Shown here: positions 1-14,060 of the stretch, in pieces | Layout of the letters: every line of letters begins with the position of its first letter | Position numbering within the stretch: the first letter of the stretch is position 1 | Assembly (NCBI RefSeq): GCF_006345805.1 | Contig: NC_042998.1 | Location: 78,306,001-78,370,000 of the forward strand | DNA length: 64,000 nucleotides | DNA from: Octopus sinensis | Taxonomy: Eukaryota | Direction of reading: 5' to 3' | Translations under genes and position numbers: made by a program | Notes under the pieces: generated by a model | What the model saw: only the letters and a program-made list of their open reading frames with translations | What the model was told of the DNA's origin: nothing | The model's database searches: none

Positions 1-120
1 GCTTTCAGATTTTAGTAGGAAAACAGTTAAGCGTCATTCAATTAGGTTTCGTTTCCAAACATACGTACATACATACATCATATATACACATTTAGCATCA
101 ACAACAACAACAACAACAAC

Positions 121-158
<38 letters not shown>

Positions 159-189
159 TAATAATAATAATAATAATGTTGTTGATGCT

Positions 190-1035
190 AAATGCGAAAG
201 ACACTGTTACTACCGCGATATTGGGGGTGAGAAATTATGCTGTGAAGAGTGAAGAAAGAATACTATCGTCAGCTAGAGATTCCCGACGAGTCACTGAAAC
301 AGTAGAATTCAAGAAAGACGGAAGAAAGATAGAGCAAACAGATGGAAAGAAATGGAATTACTTGACCAATTCACGCATCAAACCGAGAATGTTGGAAGTA
401 AAGAACGCTGACTGGTTAAGCGACGGAAACATGAAACGATTGACTGAAGCGCTAATTATAGCCGCTCAGGGATAAGTCATTACGACAAAAGATTGACAAA
501 ACTCAGTTAGACCACAAATGTTGAATCTGCAGAAAAAGAGTCCAAAGAATCAATAATCTCTTGAATGAGTGCAGTAAGCTAACACAAAATGAATATAAGT
601 GCAAGCATGACTGAGAAGGTAAAAGATACATTAAGCTGTTAGCCAAGTGTATGGCTTCAAAATAACTAGTAAGTGGTATGAATACGAACCAGAAGCTGTA
701 TCACAGAATGAGAATTAGAAGAACTTATAGGACTTCCCTACAAAGAATACCAGAATAATAGAGGAAAAACTAAACAGCGTGAGATCGCAGACTTGGCAAT
801 TCCCAATACCAAAGAAATCGAAAATAAAAGGAGAAACATGATCAGGGAGCTGAAGAGACGATAGAACACTAAGACAATGATAATTCTTGTTGGTGCATTT
901 AACACAACACACAAAATGCTACCTAAGTGACTGAAAGACAGAAGAATTGAGACCCGCACTAACGACTTGTAGTAAAGTACCATCCTGTATTCTTCAAGAA
1001 TCCTACGAAAGATTCTTGGGATTTGAGGAGACTTG
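190..1035 (+). mobile_element. Decayed R4/Dong-like non-LTR retrotransposon 3' part (post-RT region, CCHC knuckle, restriction-like endonuclease)
   Basis: Broken frames read WLSDGNMKRLTEALIIAAQ, KC*IC, ECSKLTQNEYKCKHD, KWYEYEPEAV and IILVGAF, typical of R4-clade C-termini; flanked by (TAA)n-rich sequence. Confidence 0.75.
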
Positions 1036-1169
1036 CTGTCGCCAAATCTCAAGATAACATTTCTGTTAATTAAATTAGCTTCCTAATAATAACGTTGCTA
1101 ATATTAATAATAGTGAAAATAATAACATTAATAACAAGAACAACAACAAACACCAAATCCTAATGAGGA

Positions 1170-2000
1170 AATTAGAAATCTCTCCTCATATCTAGTTTCA
1201 GTAGAGCCATCAGATATTTTGAGCCGATTCATATTGAATTAAAAGTAAATTCAAAATACTCCAGTTTGCCAAAGGAGCAAGAGGAAATAACGCATCTCTT
1301 CCCTCATACAGATCTCTTAGGCTGGATTACCTCAAAGATCAAGGAATTATTGTGAATAACCAAGGTCTCAATCTAGAGTGGAAAGCACGTGTTAAACATA
1401 AAAATTGTATTTGTAAGAAAATGTGTTCATGGACATTCAGTTTGTTCTCGTTTAAGAACCCATGTAATCGTAATTCTTTTTGTAATCTGCCATTGTCCGA
1501 ACACATGCGCAATATCGTTGTCTGTTATGATCACCCCATATCGAAGGATGTATAACGAGAATTGAAGCTATGCAGAAATCGATCTCTGTAAAAATAAATC
1601 AATGGCAAGGCTAATTTTCAGCAGAGAACACATGAAGGCATTAAACAACAACCGCTCTATTAAACAGAATAGGAATGGTATTATAATTTACACGATATAT
1701 GAACTATACTTCGAATGTATTTCAATATATATGCTGTTAAAAAATCACCCATTCCTGGTAATTTTTTGAAGTCATATCTCTTGTGAAATAAGCATCTTGA
1801 TACAGCATAGATGTTGTTGGAAATTTAACAACATCAAAACAAAAGTCTAATGCAAAACATAGATTTCATCACCAACTTGATCATATTTGCTGTGGCTAAT
1901 TACATCAAATATGCTATCGCCCACTTTTCTGTGTGGATATGACAAACTATTAAAGCGCCTTATATTCCTTGCAACGAGAGGTTTTATAATGTAAGATAGA
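1170..2000 (-). mobile_element. Highly decayed Penelope-like RT remnant
   Basis: Minus-strand fragments resembling SLYTSI, G.TMGS, FEFTF and KISDGSTET in PLE RT order; HHR-like motif just upstream at 2059-2100. Confidence 0.45.
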
Positions 2001-2058
2001 AACTTAACATGAACAGAGCAGATGTGTTAGTTAAACACTTGAATTAAAGGCAATGAAT

Positions 2059-2100
2059 GCATCCAACGTTTCGGACGTTGTTTCATCTTCTGAAGGAAGC
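2059..2100 (-). ncRNA. Degenerate minimal hammerhead-like motif
   Basis: Minus: GCTTCC TTCAGAA GATG aaacaa CGTC C GAAAC GT T GGATGC; helix I, helix II and GAAAC-GTT present, core damaged at G5. Confidence 0.4.
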
Positions 2101-2524
2101 GACGTGAACGGAAAACTTAAGGAGAAAGATTTACATACGTGATATTATTGCACATGATGACTATATTTTTCGAGGTGACTTGATATTAGTATCCTAAGAC
2201 AGCACACTGTAAGACGAAATTTTCCTCATATAAAATAGTATTTAGAATAGAGATGAGTGAGTGGATTGAAGTTGCAAACGTAAAGGGGAGGGCAAAGGGA
2301 AAATATAGTTTAAATATATAAGGAAAGGAAAAGAAAAGCTAATCACGTGATTTGTCTGTATACCATTTTCAGACGCTGGTTATTTCCCTTTCATTTCTAA
2401 AGAATAATGCTTCTTGCCCTAGGTAACATAAGCACTTGTTTTAATGTTACTAAAGATTGCGGGAAAGCGGGACGAACGAAATTTGTAGCTACCTTCTGTT
2501 TCTTCTTGTACGCACACACGCACA

Positions 2525-2603
2525 CATACATACATACATACATACATACATACATACATACATACATACATACATACATACATACATACATAAATACATA
2601 CAT

Positions 2604-2634
<31 letters not shown>

Positions 2635-2681
2635 TGTATGTGTGCGTGCGTGTGCATGTGTGTTTGTGTCTGGTAATTGTA

Positions 2682-2742
<61 letters not shown>
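2525..2742. repeat. Compound microsatellite (CATA)n/(CAGA)n/(TA)n
   Basis: Directly visible. Confidence 0.95.
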
Positions 2743-2746
<4 letters not shown>

Positions 2747-3168
2747 GGGCGAGAGACAGTGAAATTGGGGGAGACTCTCATGGCATACTTTTTGTCACTT
2801 GAAAATGTGAAACAAAATAATTTATTAGCTGAGAAATATATTTCATTCAGTTCTACCTATGCGCATTACAGAAAGGAAAATATTTTGCTTGCTACTGTCA
2901 TACTGTCATTTTCACTTCAAAGAAACCTTAGCTTTTCATTCAATTGGATATACTGCACGAATCAAATGTGTACATCATTTCATCTACAGCTTATCTGTAG
3001 AAAACTTTACATATGGTAATGGTTAATCCTGTTCTCTTTTCTGTTGCGTAGACTCAGCACTGAAGAACAAGTATACATAAATACATACGTACACATACAA
3101 ACACACACATGCACGCACGAACAAGCACATACGCATGCATATACACACACTTACATGCATACACAAAT

Positions 3169-3209
<41 letters not shown>

Positions 3210-3368
3210 ATACGTTACTTAGCGTAGTTATATTATCGAAAGCCGCAAAACTGCAATATTCGTTTTGAGAAGGCTTCTCGTATTGATGTATAGTGCTAAA
3301 AAGCACAGAAGTGTATTAATAGGAGATGAAAAGTATCGAACAATGGTGATGAAATATTTGCGTATGTG

Positions 3369-3408
<40 letters not shown>

Positions 3409-4606
3409 CGCGTGTTCGTAGATGTACGTGTATATAAGCGAGACAGTCAAGGACAAATTAAATACATTAGACAAATTAAAATAAAATATTTTAATCTGAA
3501 TAATATTCGAAATTTCTTATTTGTGGTTTTCAGGTGAATTGTCGAATGTTGTTGGAAGCTTTCTAGACTCGCAAAATGGTTGCGGGAATTGTTGTATCCA
3601 GAGCAACTAATTAGGAATTAGTTGAAGCTAGATCCATACCTATATGATATTTCTAAGCAGAAAAGACTGAATATCGACTAAGCCTATAGAAATAAAATAT
3701 GTTTACCTTGACCTTACAGTAAATTTCTGGGTCACGTAAGAGTTTCTGGAAAGGACTGCCTCCAGCGAAGCCTTGCTGCAGATGACAGTCAGTTTCTGAG
3801 GAGTTCACAGTACGAAGGAAGGGAGTTTGTTTCTAAACAACCAACATATTCTGTCATAACGTCTGTGCATTCTTTTAGAAACGACATTCATGTAAAGAGA
3901 GAGACAGACAGACAGACTGACAGAGACGGGAGAGGAAAATAGATAAAGCAAACCAAAATAGGAGAGTTGGTTAATGAATTATATGGCTATGTCATATTTA
4001 GAAGAACACACGGATTGAAAATACTGGCTTTTCTGTCCTGAGGTTTAAGGTGATGAGCTGGCAAAATCGTTAGGAACGCCGGACAAAAGTGCTTAAAGAC
4101 ATTTCTTTTTCCGGTTCTTTACGTTCTGCGTAAAGTTATCCATCGAGAATAACTTTGCCTTCCAGGCATTTCTATAACGGTAAAATAAGTATCAGTTGAG
4201 AACTGCTGCTAAAACTCGAAATTATTTGTCATGAAATTTAAATCGCATTTGTATGTATTGAAATATATTTTGCTAGATCGCGAATTCTTGAAAACTGCAT
4301 TTGAGAAATTCGTAGTATATCAATTTGGTCACCATATCGACCTAAACTGATAATTGTGAAGAGTAACTGAACAAAACCTCACTTGGTGGGAGTACTTCGA
4401 TATATAGGGCGCAGGCATGACCGTGTGGTTAAAAGCCTGCTTCTACACCACATGATTCCAATGATGATGTTCGTAAGTACCAGGTACCTTGGACATATGC
4501 TTTCTATCAAGGCTCTTTAAGTCGATAAAAATTAAATTTGAGCTGAATTTGAGTTAATAGTGAATATTACTGAGTTGAGGGAAACTATTCTGAACCATGC
4601 CGTGTA

Positions 4607-4609
<3 letters not shown>

Positions 4610-4690
<81 letters not shown>

Positions 4691-4697
4691 TGTGTGT
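4610..4697. repeat. (TG)n microsatellite
   Basis: Directly visible. Confidence 0.97.
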
Positions 4698-5178
4698 AAA
4701 TGTGCGTATGGATATCGCTGAATTGAAATTCAAGAACGTAGTTTAATTGTTTGTCTTTTTTCTGAATTTTCGATGAAAAGATATTTTTTCAAAGAGAAGT
4801 AAACTGTACATAGACGAATGGAGATGAGAACGATGCACAGGGGGAAATTGACTGAAAGATAGTTGGACCACTTCCGTCTAGGACCAGAGGCCCAAAGCAG
4901 TTGCTGGAGCAGTATCAGCATTCAACCACTCAGACGTTTGGACAAATCTATGACAAATTTCGCTTGTAAATTGGACGTGGGAACAATATTCAATTCAAAA
5001 CCTCTAAATTATCTTTGAGAATATCATTGGCTGAAAATTCAAACAAAGATCCGTTTCAAACTTCTTTATTCGTCACAAAGTTTCAAGTAACAACACAAAA
5101 TTTTTTGACATATATTTATATTTATATATATATATATATTCTTACACACTCACACGCACAAACACACACACACACACA

Positions 5179-5231
<53 letters not shown>

Positions 5232-6040
5232 CACATAATTATAGGCTCATACACAGTTGGAGATGCTGGTAGAAGAACGGGAGTGTCAAATAAGAATTCT
5301 TAGTGGAATATGGTGCTGTCGCAGTAGCATTTCGTCTTTACATTTGTTCTAGTTTATATTTCGTCTGATTTCAGTAAAATATGTACAAGATTATATCGAC
5401 CAGTACTATGTAAAGTACTGGGTCGATGTAACCGATTGACAGCCTTAAATGCGTCAAGGCTTGGTCTCAGTGCAATGACAGAAATCAAATTCTAAAAATA
5501 ATTGAAATTGATGCTGTTAATGGAAAGAAAAATAACATATAAAGGTATACTAATACATATAAATTAACACACCGAGATACAAAAATGCATACGGACATAT
5601 CAACTAATATACACATACAAGCACAAGCACACAAGATCATAGTCTTTCGTAATTTAAGTATTATAGATAAATATAAGATTGAAATTTCCAGACGATATTT
5701 TAATTAGGAGAGACGAAACATTTATACCTTGCCAACATAGAAAATAGTTTAGTCATGTTTATCCAATAACTTCTTTTGCGAGGGATGCATACAATACGCA
5801 ATGAAGAGGAATCATATCATATCATTTCAAAGTTTGGAAAGCATGTGCGATGATGCAATAAATTACAGGACATACATCCTTCAAGTAAAATTTGCACTTC
5901 GAATCATCTTCCGGCAGTAGCACACTCGCATATCAAGAAACATTTAAATCATCGCTAGATGACTAGGAGTGATCAATGAAAACAATGTGTACTTATTATA
6001 TTTCCTCAGACATTTGCATTCATATCAGCATCGCGTAAAT

Positions 6041-6400
6041 CAGCGCTCCGCAACTTTTTTCACTTACGATACCCTTATATTCATTATTTACATTATTTAC
6101 ATTTGACGGATATTTGTCCTCTTCTTGTTGTTAACACAACGTTTCGACTGATATACCCTCCAACCTTCATCAGGTGTCTAAGTTCTCATTCCTAAGGTAT
6201 TATGTAAATAATGTACATAATTCTTCATCTCTTAAATATAGAACTACACTTATATACTTTTCAAAATTCGGTGGCACACCTAAACTAAGACTATAACTAA
6301 ATGTATAGGGGAAAAATTTAGGTTCAAGCTACACTGCGGCACACCTAGCATCATCTCGTGGCACACCAGTGTGCCGCTGCATACCGGTTACGGAGCACTG
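6041..6400. mobile_element. hAT-type MITE with nested PLE-derived fragment
   Basis: Termini CAGCGCTCCGCAAC / GTTACGGAGCACTG are inverted repeats; degenerate 8-bp TSD GCGTAAAT/GCGTAGTC. Confidence 0.65.
6133..6178 (-). ncRNA. Minimal type-I hammerhead ribozyme (PLE-type)
   Basis: Minus: GACAC CTGATGA A GGTTG gagggtatat CAGTC GAAAC GT T GTGTT; intact core, 5-bp helix I, loopless palindromic helix III. Confidence 0.8.
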
Positions 6401-6929
6401 GCGTAGTCGAAAGCTTCAAGTTCCAATACTTACGCGTGCGCACATACACACACACACACACACATACGCAAACACACACATATAAATCTTTAGTGTATTA
6501 TACAGATTCATGTATAATACAGAAGTCCCTCTAGCGGACACGGCTGCCAGACCACATAGTAATCCAATACTGGGGAATATAACGCAGAGTTCCTCGCAGC
6601 TGAAATGCAAGAGATCCGATCGATTCAATTATTTCATGAGGAGTATATAAAACATAAAATGTTAGGAGGCATCAAAGGTGAATATAGTTATTTACCCACT
6701 TGTTATCCTTAGGATGACAGCCGCTTCGCAGCCCTTTTCATGTAATAATAATTTCGGTGTATAATAAATTATGTTTACATGTCTCCACTTATATGCATCC
6801 TACACATTATACAATATAATTGTATATTCACAAATCAATGCAGACAAAGAGGGCTAATTCATCAGATCGCCAGGACATTACGATTCAACTCTAAGTATAC
6901 ATACAACGTTTTCTCTTTATATACACAAA

Positions 6930-7350
6930 ATATAGAGGACCGAGATTTTGTGATACTTTCGGACAATTCGCCGACGGTCCCTATCTGAAAGTTTTGGTTT
7001 TCTTCCGGAGTTTTGTTTCGACGAGGAGGTTTTTCCCTCTTTCTCAAAGGCTGTCATTACTTTCGAAACAGTACGTCTTGATACACCAAACATTTCGGCT
7101 GTTTTCCTTGCGCTAGCGCCTGCCATACGAGCACCGACAATTTGACCTCTTTGAAAGTCCGATAGATATGTCATTTTAATGAAATTTAATTACCTTTTTC
7201 TGGTGATATCTGAAAAGAAATAGCAATTTTAGCAAAACATACTAAGCAACACTAATGATATATCAAAAAACAAAAACAGACAAGCTATTGACGGTCTTAT
7301 GGATATTTCAAAATTAGGATGCTGTGATACTAGATGTTTCAACCCCTGTA
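6930..7350 (-). mobile_element. Tc1-family transposon 5' fragment (TIR + HTH N-terminus)
   Basis: ORF 6917-7174 MTYLSDFQRGQIVGARMAGASARKTAEMFGVSRRTVSKVMTAFEKEGKTSSSKQNSGRKPKLSDRDRR; terminus TA-CAGGGGTT at 7350. Confidence 0.9.
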
Positions 7351-7693
7351 TATCTGTTTATACATTTCTTTATAATTACATTTATACATCTATATATATA
7401 TGTTGTATACCAAACCCAGGTAGTTTTTGTTTTTTTGCTTCATTGGGTCCATGTCTACTCATCTGCATTCCTCTTATAGCCGCTCTTTACACCCTAAACT
7501 TAGTCCTCCGTAAAGGTTTCGGAGTGAAAGTTCAAATCATTTGAGCGCTACAAAGTGCCTTCTAAATCGAGAACCTTTGGATTGCATCTGTTGATTCTCT
7601 CTCTATCTCTCTCTCTGTCTGTCTCTCTCTCTTTCTCTCTTTCTCTCTCACTCATTCACACTCTCTCTCTATATATATATATGTGTGTGTGTG

Positions 7694-7731
<38 letters not shown>

Positions 7732-7821
7732 ATTATTCAGTGTTATTTCAAGATTTCTTGCCAATAGCTCCTTCATTGAAATTTCAACATTAACAACAGG
7801 GTATTTTTGTTTTTATGTATG

Positions 7822-7855
<34 letters not shown>

Positions 7856-7929
7856 TGTGAGTAGATTTGTATGTTTTGTTTTATGTATGCTCGTGCATAT
7901 AGTTGCATATATTTACATGCTCATATACA

Positions 7930-8330
7930 TTTAAATGATAAACTTGAAAGTTTTACAGATTTTTAGTTCCAGTGATGGACTGGATTTTCGAATTAGCTTT
8001 CTCTTTTCTGGCTTTGAGAAGCCTTATTTCTCAAGACTGGTATTCAGGGCCCCAATAATTACAGATATAAACCTGAACTTGTAATCTGGGAAGAGTAACT
8101 GTAGATTTCTCAATAGTTCGGCATACGTATTCTCTTTTTCACTGATCTCAGCTCTATGTTAACATTCGCTGGGCAGCTAATTTCTACAACTGTACACAGT
8201 TTCTCTTCTCTATCCCAAATCATTATATCAAGTGTATGGTGCTTATATTTTATTAAGGTTTTCACTGGGACATTCCGCCAGTGCTCCTTTTTATTATGAA
8301 TGGCTATGGCTTCTACCATATATGTATATA
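7930..8330 (-). mobile_element. R4-like LINE restriction-like endonuclease remnant
   Basis: WRNVPVKT...DIMIWDREEKLCTVVEISCPANVN, then LLFPDYKFRFISVIIGAL; PD-(D/E)XK type REL domain. Confidence 0.8.
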
Positions 8331-8632
8331 TGTATGTATGTATGCACGATAACTTTAACAACTGAGGTCTAAAACTGAAATTGCCGAAAAACATTATCTG
8401 AACAATCAATTTCACACAAATATGTATATTAATTTAACATAGATACAGGACATAGTCCCAGCTAATTTTAATTAGTTATAGAGCATTTTCAGCGTGTAAA
8501 TGTTTCGATTAGACAAATTAAGATGCTTCCTACGTCCTTGTTTACAGCAAGGGCGTGGGAATGTGACCTCGTGTGTACCGTTGGCGATTTTTTTCCTCTG
8601 CCTTCCCTTCTCTGGATCTTTCCTTCTCCTAT

Positions 8633-8667
8633 GTTTCCGACGAAGAGCTCCGCTCGAAACGTTAAAC
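8633..8667 (+). ncRNA. Minimal hammerhead-like motif (U4C variant) in a PLE-derived repeat (~8480-8768)
   Basis: GTTT CCGACGA A GAGC tcc GCTC GAAAC GT T AAAC; repeat ends at (TA)n. Confidence 0.65.
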
Positions 8668-8764
8668 CCTCCTTCTTTCCTTCTTTCCTGAGCGTCCAAT
8701 AATACTATATTTGTTCCACGTCCTCGCGTTGTTGTGTTTTTTTTGTGCTTTCTCGTTTGGATTA

Positions 8765-8813
<49 letters not shown>

Positions 8814-8877
8814 GAAGAAACAAAAAAGAACTCAACGCAATGAGCATATATGTTGTGTATACGAATCTAAGTATTGC

Positions 8878-9455
8878 GGGGGAAATGCTTAGCGGTATTT
8901 CGTCTGCCGCTTCCTTCTGAGTTCAAATTCCGCCGAGGTCAACTTTGCTTTCATCCTTTCGGGGTCGATTAAATAAGTACCAGTTACGCACTGAGGTCGA
9001 TATAATCGACTTAATCCGTTTGTCTGTCCTTGTTTTTCCCCTCTGTGTTTAGCCCCTTGTGGGTAGTAAAGAAATAGGTATTTCGACTGCTGTTACGTTC
9101 GTTCTGATTTCAAATTCCGCTGAGGTCGACTTTGCCTTTCATCCTTTTGGAGTCGATAAATTAGGTACCAGTTTCGCACTGGGGTCGATATAATCGACTT
9201 AATCCGTTTGTCTGTCCTTGTTTTTCCCCTCTGTGTTTAGCCCCTTGTGGGTAGTAAAGAAATAGGTATTTCGACTGCTGTTACGTTCGTTCTGATTTTA
9301 AATTCCGCTGAGGTCGACTTTGCCTTTCATCCTTTTGGAGTCGATAAATTAGGTACCAGTTTCGCACTGGGGTCGATATAATCGACTTAATCCTTTTGAC
9401 TGTCCTTGTTTGTCCCCTCTGTGTTTAGCCCCTTGTGGACAATAAAGAAATAAGA
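8878..9455 (+). mobile_element. tRNA-derived SINE with triplicated body (family A)
   Basis: B-box-like GAGTTCAAATTCC and core GCCTTTCATCCTTTCGGGGTCGATAAA; units start at 8894, 9077 and 9265. Confidence 0.85.
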
Positions 9456-10208
9456 AATGTTAAATGTTTTAATATAAAGTAGATGGGCAACTTCTACAGT
9501 GAAGCAAAATACTGGAGTGATTTTTTTTCGGGATTTGATTCAAGCTGACGAACTTTTAATATTAACAGTTACAGACAATGACTTAAGGTAATGTACGAAT
9601 ATTACAACACTCTATTTTATATTACTCAATATAGTTACGTATTACTAACTGTTAAATTTAATATAAAGAAAGATTTTCACTGCGACAATAAAGTTCATTT
9701 AATTTCGTTGAAAATTTACTTATAAGAAGAATTTTTTTTTAATAAATTCACTCCTTACGGCTACACAAGTCGAGTCTAGAATTTGAAATATTTTTATATA
9801 ACTTTCGTTCGTATATATAGTTAAACCGTAACACTCTGCTCTTTCCATCAGTTCAAATGGTTAGATTCCATAAGCCTCCGACCTCCTTTTATTCAAACAA
9901 AACTTTTACCTTGAATTGATAAACTTCTAACTGACCTTCTTAGCAATTAAATTCTTAGCCGATAGCCTTTAAATCGGTGGTGATACTTTCTTGTATAGGC
10001 CAGAAGGGCCCCAATTTTTAGAATATTACATATACGAGACATCTTGTATATATCTGAGAATTCGCCGTATTTATATTTAATATTCCGAGCTCTTCCTTGA
10101 GGTATTTCTCTTCTGTCATATTGTTAAGAATAGTGCAAAAGAAAAGAAAATCATTTGGCGATTCCTATTGAGTAAATGGGTTGTATCACCAATAATAATA
10201 AAGATATA

Positions 10209-10612
10209 GGCGCAGGAGTGGCTGTGTGGTAAGTAGCTTGCTAACCAACCACATGGTTCCGGGTTCAGTCCCACTGCGTGGCATCTTGGGCAAGTGTCTT
10301 CTGCTATAACCCCGGGCCAACCAATGCCTTGTGAGTGGATTTGGTAGACGGAAACTGAAAGAAGCCTGTCGTATATATGTATATCTATATATAAGTGTGT
10401 GTGTATATGTTTGTGTGTCTGTGTTTGTCCTCCTAGCATTGCTTGACAACCGATGCTGGTGTGTTTACGTCCCCGTTACTTAGCGGTTCGGCGAAAGAGA
10501 CCGATAGAATAAGTACTGGGCTTACAAAGAATAAGTCCCGGGGTCGAGTTGCTCGACTAAAGGCGGTGCTCCAGCATGGCCGCAGTCAAATGACTGAAAC
10601 AAGTAAAAGAGT
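10209..10612 (+). mobile_element. tRNA-derived bipartite SINE (family B)
   Basis: A-box TGGCTGTGTGG and B-box-like GGTTCAGTCCC; near-identical copy at 63740, inverted copy at 31628-32097. Confidence 0.9.
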
Positions 10613-11237
10613 ATATATTAATAGATAAATATTTTTAAAAGGTTTAAAACAACGAGGAAGAAGCTGAAAATAGGAATCAGTTACGTCAGGTTACTCAGAA
10701 ACACTTCACACAAAGCTGCATTACACTGACACTTCGAATACAAGAGGTGCTTGCCACAAAACTACAGTCACATTTAGACACATTTAGCTATGTTAACTGT
10801 GCCAATTTCATTCACGTTCAGGAAATTGGTTAGAGAGCTGTATCTCTCGCTCTACTTTCACCGCACTCTTCAATTCAAGGTACTCGAAATCTCTGCCCTC
10901 GGACCTTTTAACAGCGGCCACTGCACTTCTATTTTCGCTATAGCTGCCGGTTAAATAAAGGCCACAGGTCCTTCTTTACCAAAAGAACGCAGACTTCACA
11001 GATTGATGGACCAGTTCCGCTCATGATGACAGTTGTTCAATGAATTAACAAGTCATCAAGGCAAAAGAGTTAACAAGTACATATTTTAGGGTTTCATCAG
11101 CTGGCATGAATCTCGAACTGGTTCGGTTGCTGGTTTCTCAACTCGTCATGGGTGAAGAGTTTATCTCAAATATGTAGAATCACACTACCACGTGCAGGAA
11201 CACTCTTAGACTAAAGGCTTGTGGTAGTAAAGTGAAA

Positions 11238-11520
11238 GCACATGGCTCAGTGGTTAGAGCGTCGGGCTCACAATCATGAGATAGTGAGTTCGATCCCTGG
11301 AAAGAGCTGTGTGATGTATTCTTGAGCAAGACTGGTGCCAAGCTGTATCGACCTTTGCTTTTCCCTTGAATAACATCTGCGAGATGGAGAGGGGAGGCTG
11401 ATATTTATGGGTGACTGTTGGTCTTCCATAAACAACTTTGCCCAAACTTGCACCTCGGAGGAGAACTTTCCAGGTGCAATCCCATGGCCACTCATGATCG
11501 GAGGGGGTCTTTACCCTTTA
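11238..11520 (+). mobile_element. tRNA-derived SINE (family C)
   Basis: TGGCTCAGTGGTTAGAGCG...GAGTTCGATCCC head; homologous to 35119-35435 and 61773-62026. Confidence 0.85.
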
Positions 11521-12402
11521 CTCTGTAGCAGTAGTCCATATTCTACAACTTGAAAGTCTTCCAGAAAACATTATTGATATGCATTTCGACGTGCAGTATT
11601 GTTCTTCATTCACTAATCCTTACAGAATGCATGAACTAACCTTCCAACAACTACATCGTCTAGTGGATAAAGTGTAGTGGGCACCTCGTAACATTCCAAA
11701 TGTCAAATTTAATATAGGGTTAATATACATTTTTTCTCTAATACATGGTTGACTCTACAACACTGTCTCTCTCTTTCTCCCCTTCTCCTACATTTCTCTG
11801 CCTTTCACACTTTGCACTCCACTTTGACCCGTCTCTTTCTCCCTCTCTCCCCTCTTCCTCCTTTGTTCCTTGTTCCCCTTTCTTCTCTCTTCCTCTGTCC
11901 CGCTCACACGTGACTAACTTTTGGACTGCTGTCCTGCCTTTTCGTGATCAACAGCCGTATAGGCCAGACACATTTTATTTCTCTCTTCGCCTTTAGGCAA
12001 TTTTTCAATGCGCCAGCTCAAGTTCACCCGTCCTGTCGAAAAGAAACCTGTCTGTAACGTCCTGTTTTTGTTATTATTATTATCATTATTGTTTTTACGT
12101 ATTTTCGTATTCTTATTCGTGTTATCATTATTATTTTTACGTATTTTTGTATTCTTATTCGTTTCCGTCCTTGTTTTGTATACATTCGAGGCTTTCTTCC
12201 AAGGAATCTAATGCGCTTGGCTTAGATTTTCCTTTGGGACTGGCCAGGTCAGAGCAATCTCAAAATTAATCAGCCGAAATTGCGAAGATGATCCGGTTTT
12301 TGACTGAAGATCGAAGGCTTCGAATGTCCCGTCCGTTTTTTTTGTATCGTCTTCTAAATGTTTTGCGTTCTTGTCCCAGTTTGTGTTTTTTTACATTTAT
12401 CC

Positions 12403-12433
<31 letters not shown>

Positions 12434-14060
12434 GTATATATATGTATACACACGCATGTATGAAGAATAATGGCTGTAGCAGTGGTAATGGTGGTGGTGG
12501 TGGTGGTGGTGGTGATGCTGTTTGGTGGGAATGCAGTAATGATGATAATGAAGATAATGATAATAGTGGTAATGAGAATCATGGTCCTACCGAAGATTAT
12601 GATTATGATGCCGACAACAATGGGAAATTGATGACAACAGCAATGATGACAATGGCAACGACGTCTATAACAAAATCATGAAATTAAGTGATAGCTACAA
12701 TCGCTTTAAAAAAAAACAATAAGACCTCAAGTTTTAATTTTCTTTACTGCTCCACGTGGATCTCCATAACAGGCCCAGCAATTTAAATTTAGTCATCTCA
12801 GAGCTTGTCGAGCTTCTTTTCAGCAAGATAATTTTCTTGAGATTTCAAACTTTATAAATACATGTATGTGTATACGTACGTATGTATGTGTTAGTTTTTT
12901 TATGTATGTGTAAAATATATATGATTATGTATATGTTTATTTACGTATATGCATGATGCATGACTGCAAATACGCATATACTTAAATACTTATATGTGTG
13001 AGTATGCATGCAATTGACACAAATGTTTGTCAGCAGCAGAGAATCCTTAATCCTTAATTTGAGATTGATCCTAATTCCTAAGGTAATTGTTCTAACTCTT
13101 CTACAAGATAAATTCAACTAAATCAAATAAAGAACGTATCTTATATGGTATTTAATTCAACAAATCAAGAATGAATCTTGTATGACGATTAATCATGTGT
13201 CTTGTATGGTATTCAACTTACTCCTGATTCTTTTATCAAATACATGCCACTGGCCACTCTGAATGTGTGTACGTGTGTGTGTCATACATGCGTGTGTGCG
13301 CGTGCGTGCAAACAACGTCTATATATGTGTATATATCCACGCACACTCACACACACACACACACATACACACACATATATATATATATATAAATACGCAC
13401 ATACACACACACACATGCACACGCACACCCACCCACGCACACACACATATCACCATGGTTTCGGACTGAACTTGTATCCAAGCAAATAGCTCTATTCCTC
13501 CAATCCCTGCGAGGAACAAACTAAGGGAGGCAACTGAGACAATGAAAATGAAATATACTGACCGAGCTGATTTGAGCCAACAGAAATGGTTCGCAAGCAA
13601 GGTGGGACTCAACTGACAACTGAGGTGGGATGCAGACTGTTGCAGGCCAGTCCTTCTCTACAGCGTAGAATACACTAGCCACCAGAGGGACAAGTAAGCA
13701 TAAGCCATCAAAATGGATAAGCTATCAGTGACTGAAGAGGCCTTTGTAACGAATATTAATAAGCACATCCAATCTAACTTGTGTTGTTTATAACGCGGTG
13801 GACGTACTGTGAAGTCACCATTTGTAAACGATAATTGCTGTAAAGCACAAATTGAAATCAAATGATACAACAGTGCCATCTGCCGTTGCTTACGAAATTT
13901 CGCCAACCAATATAATTTGTCTCCTACACGAGATGATTTCATGGGATGTTTACCGCAGTCTACAGCATCATGTTATAAACAACATATTCAAGTAAGGTTG
14001 GATAGACTAAATCAATATTCATGAAGATGGGTACTGAGGCAGCTGAGGTTGTTTCTAGAT

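Noticed and set aside
3705-3800. Possible minus-strand exon (LQQGFAGGSPFQKLLRDPEIYCKVK, then GT)
   Set aside because: Short, no recognisable protein family and no partner exons; needs RNA-seq
8894-9455. Regularly spaced repeats suggesting CRISPR
   Set aside because: Whole units repeat with no unique spacers, and the context is eukaryotic SINE
10209-10280. tRNA-like sequences (also 11238, 35119, 63740)
   Set aside because: These are SINE heads continuing into shared SINE bodies; no complete cloverleaf was seen
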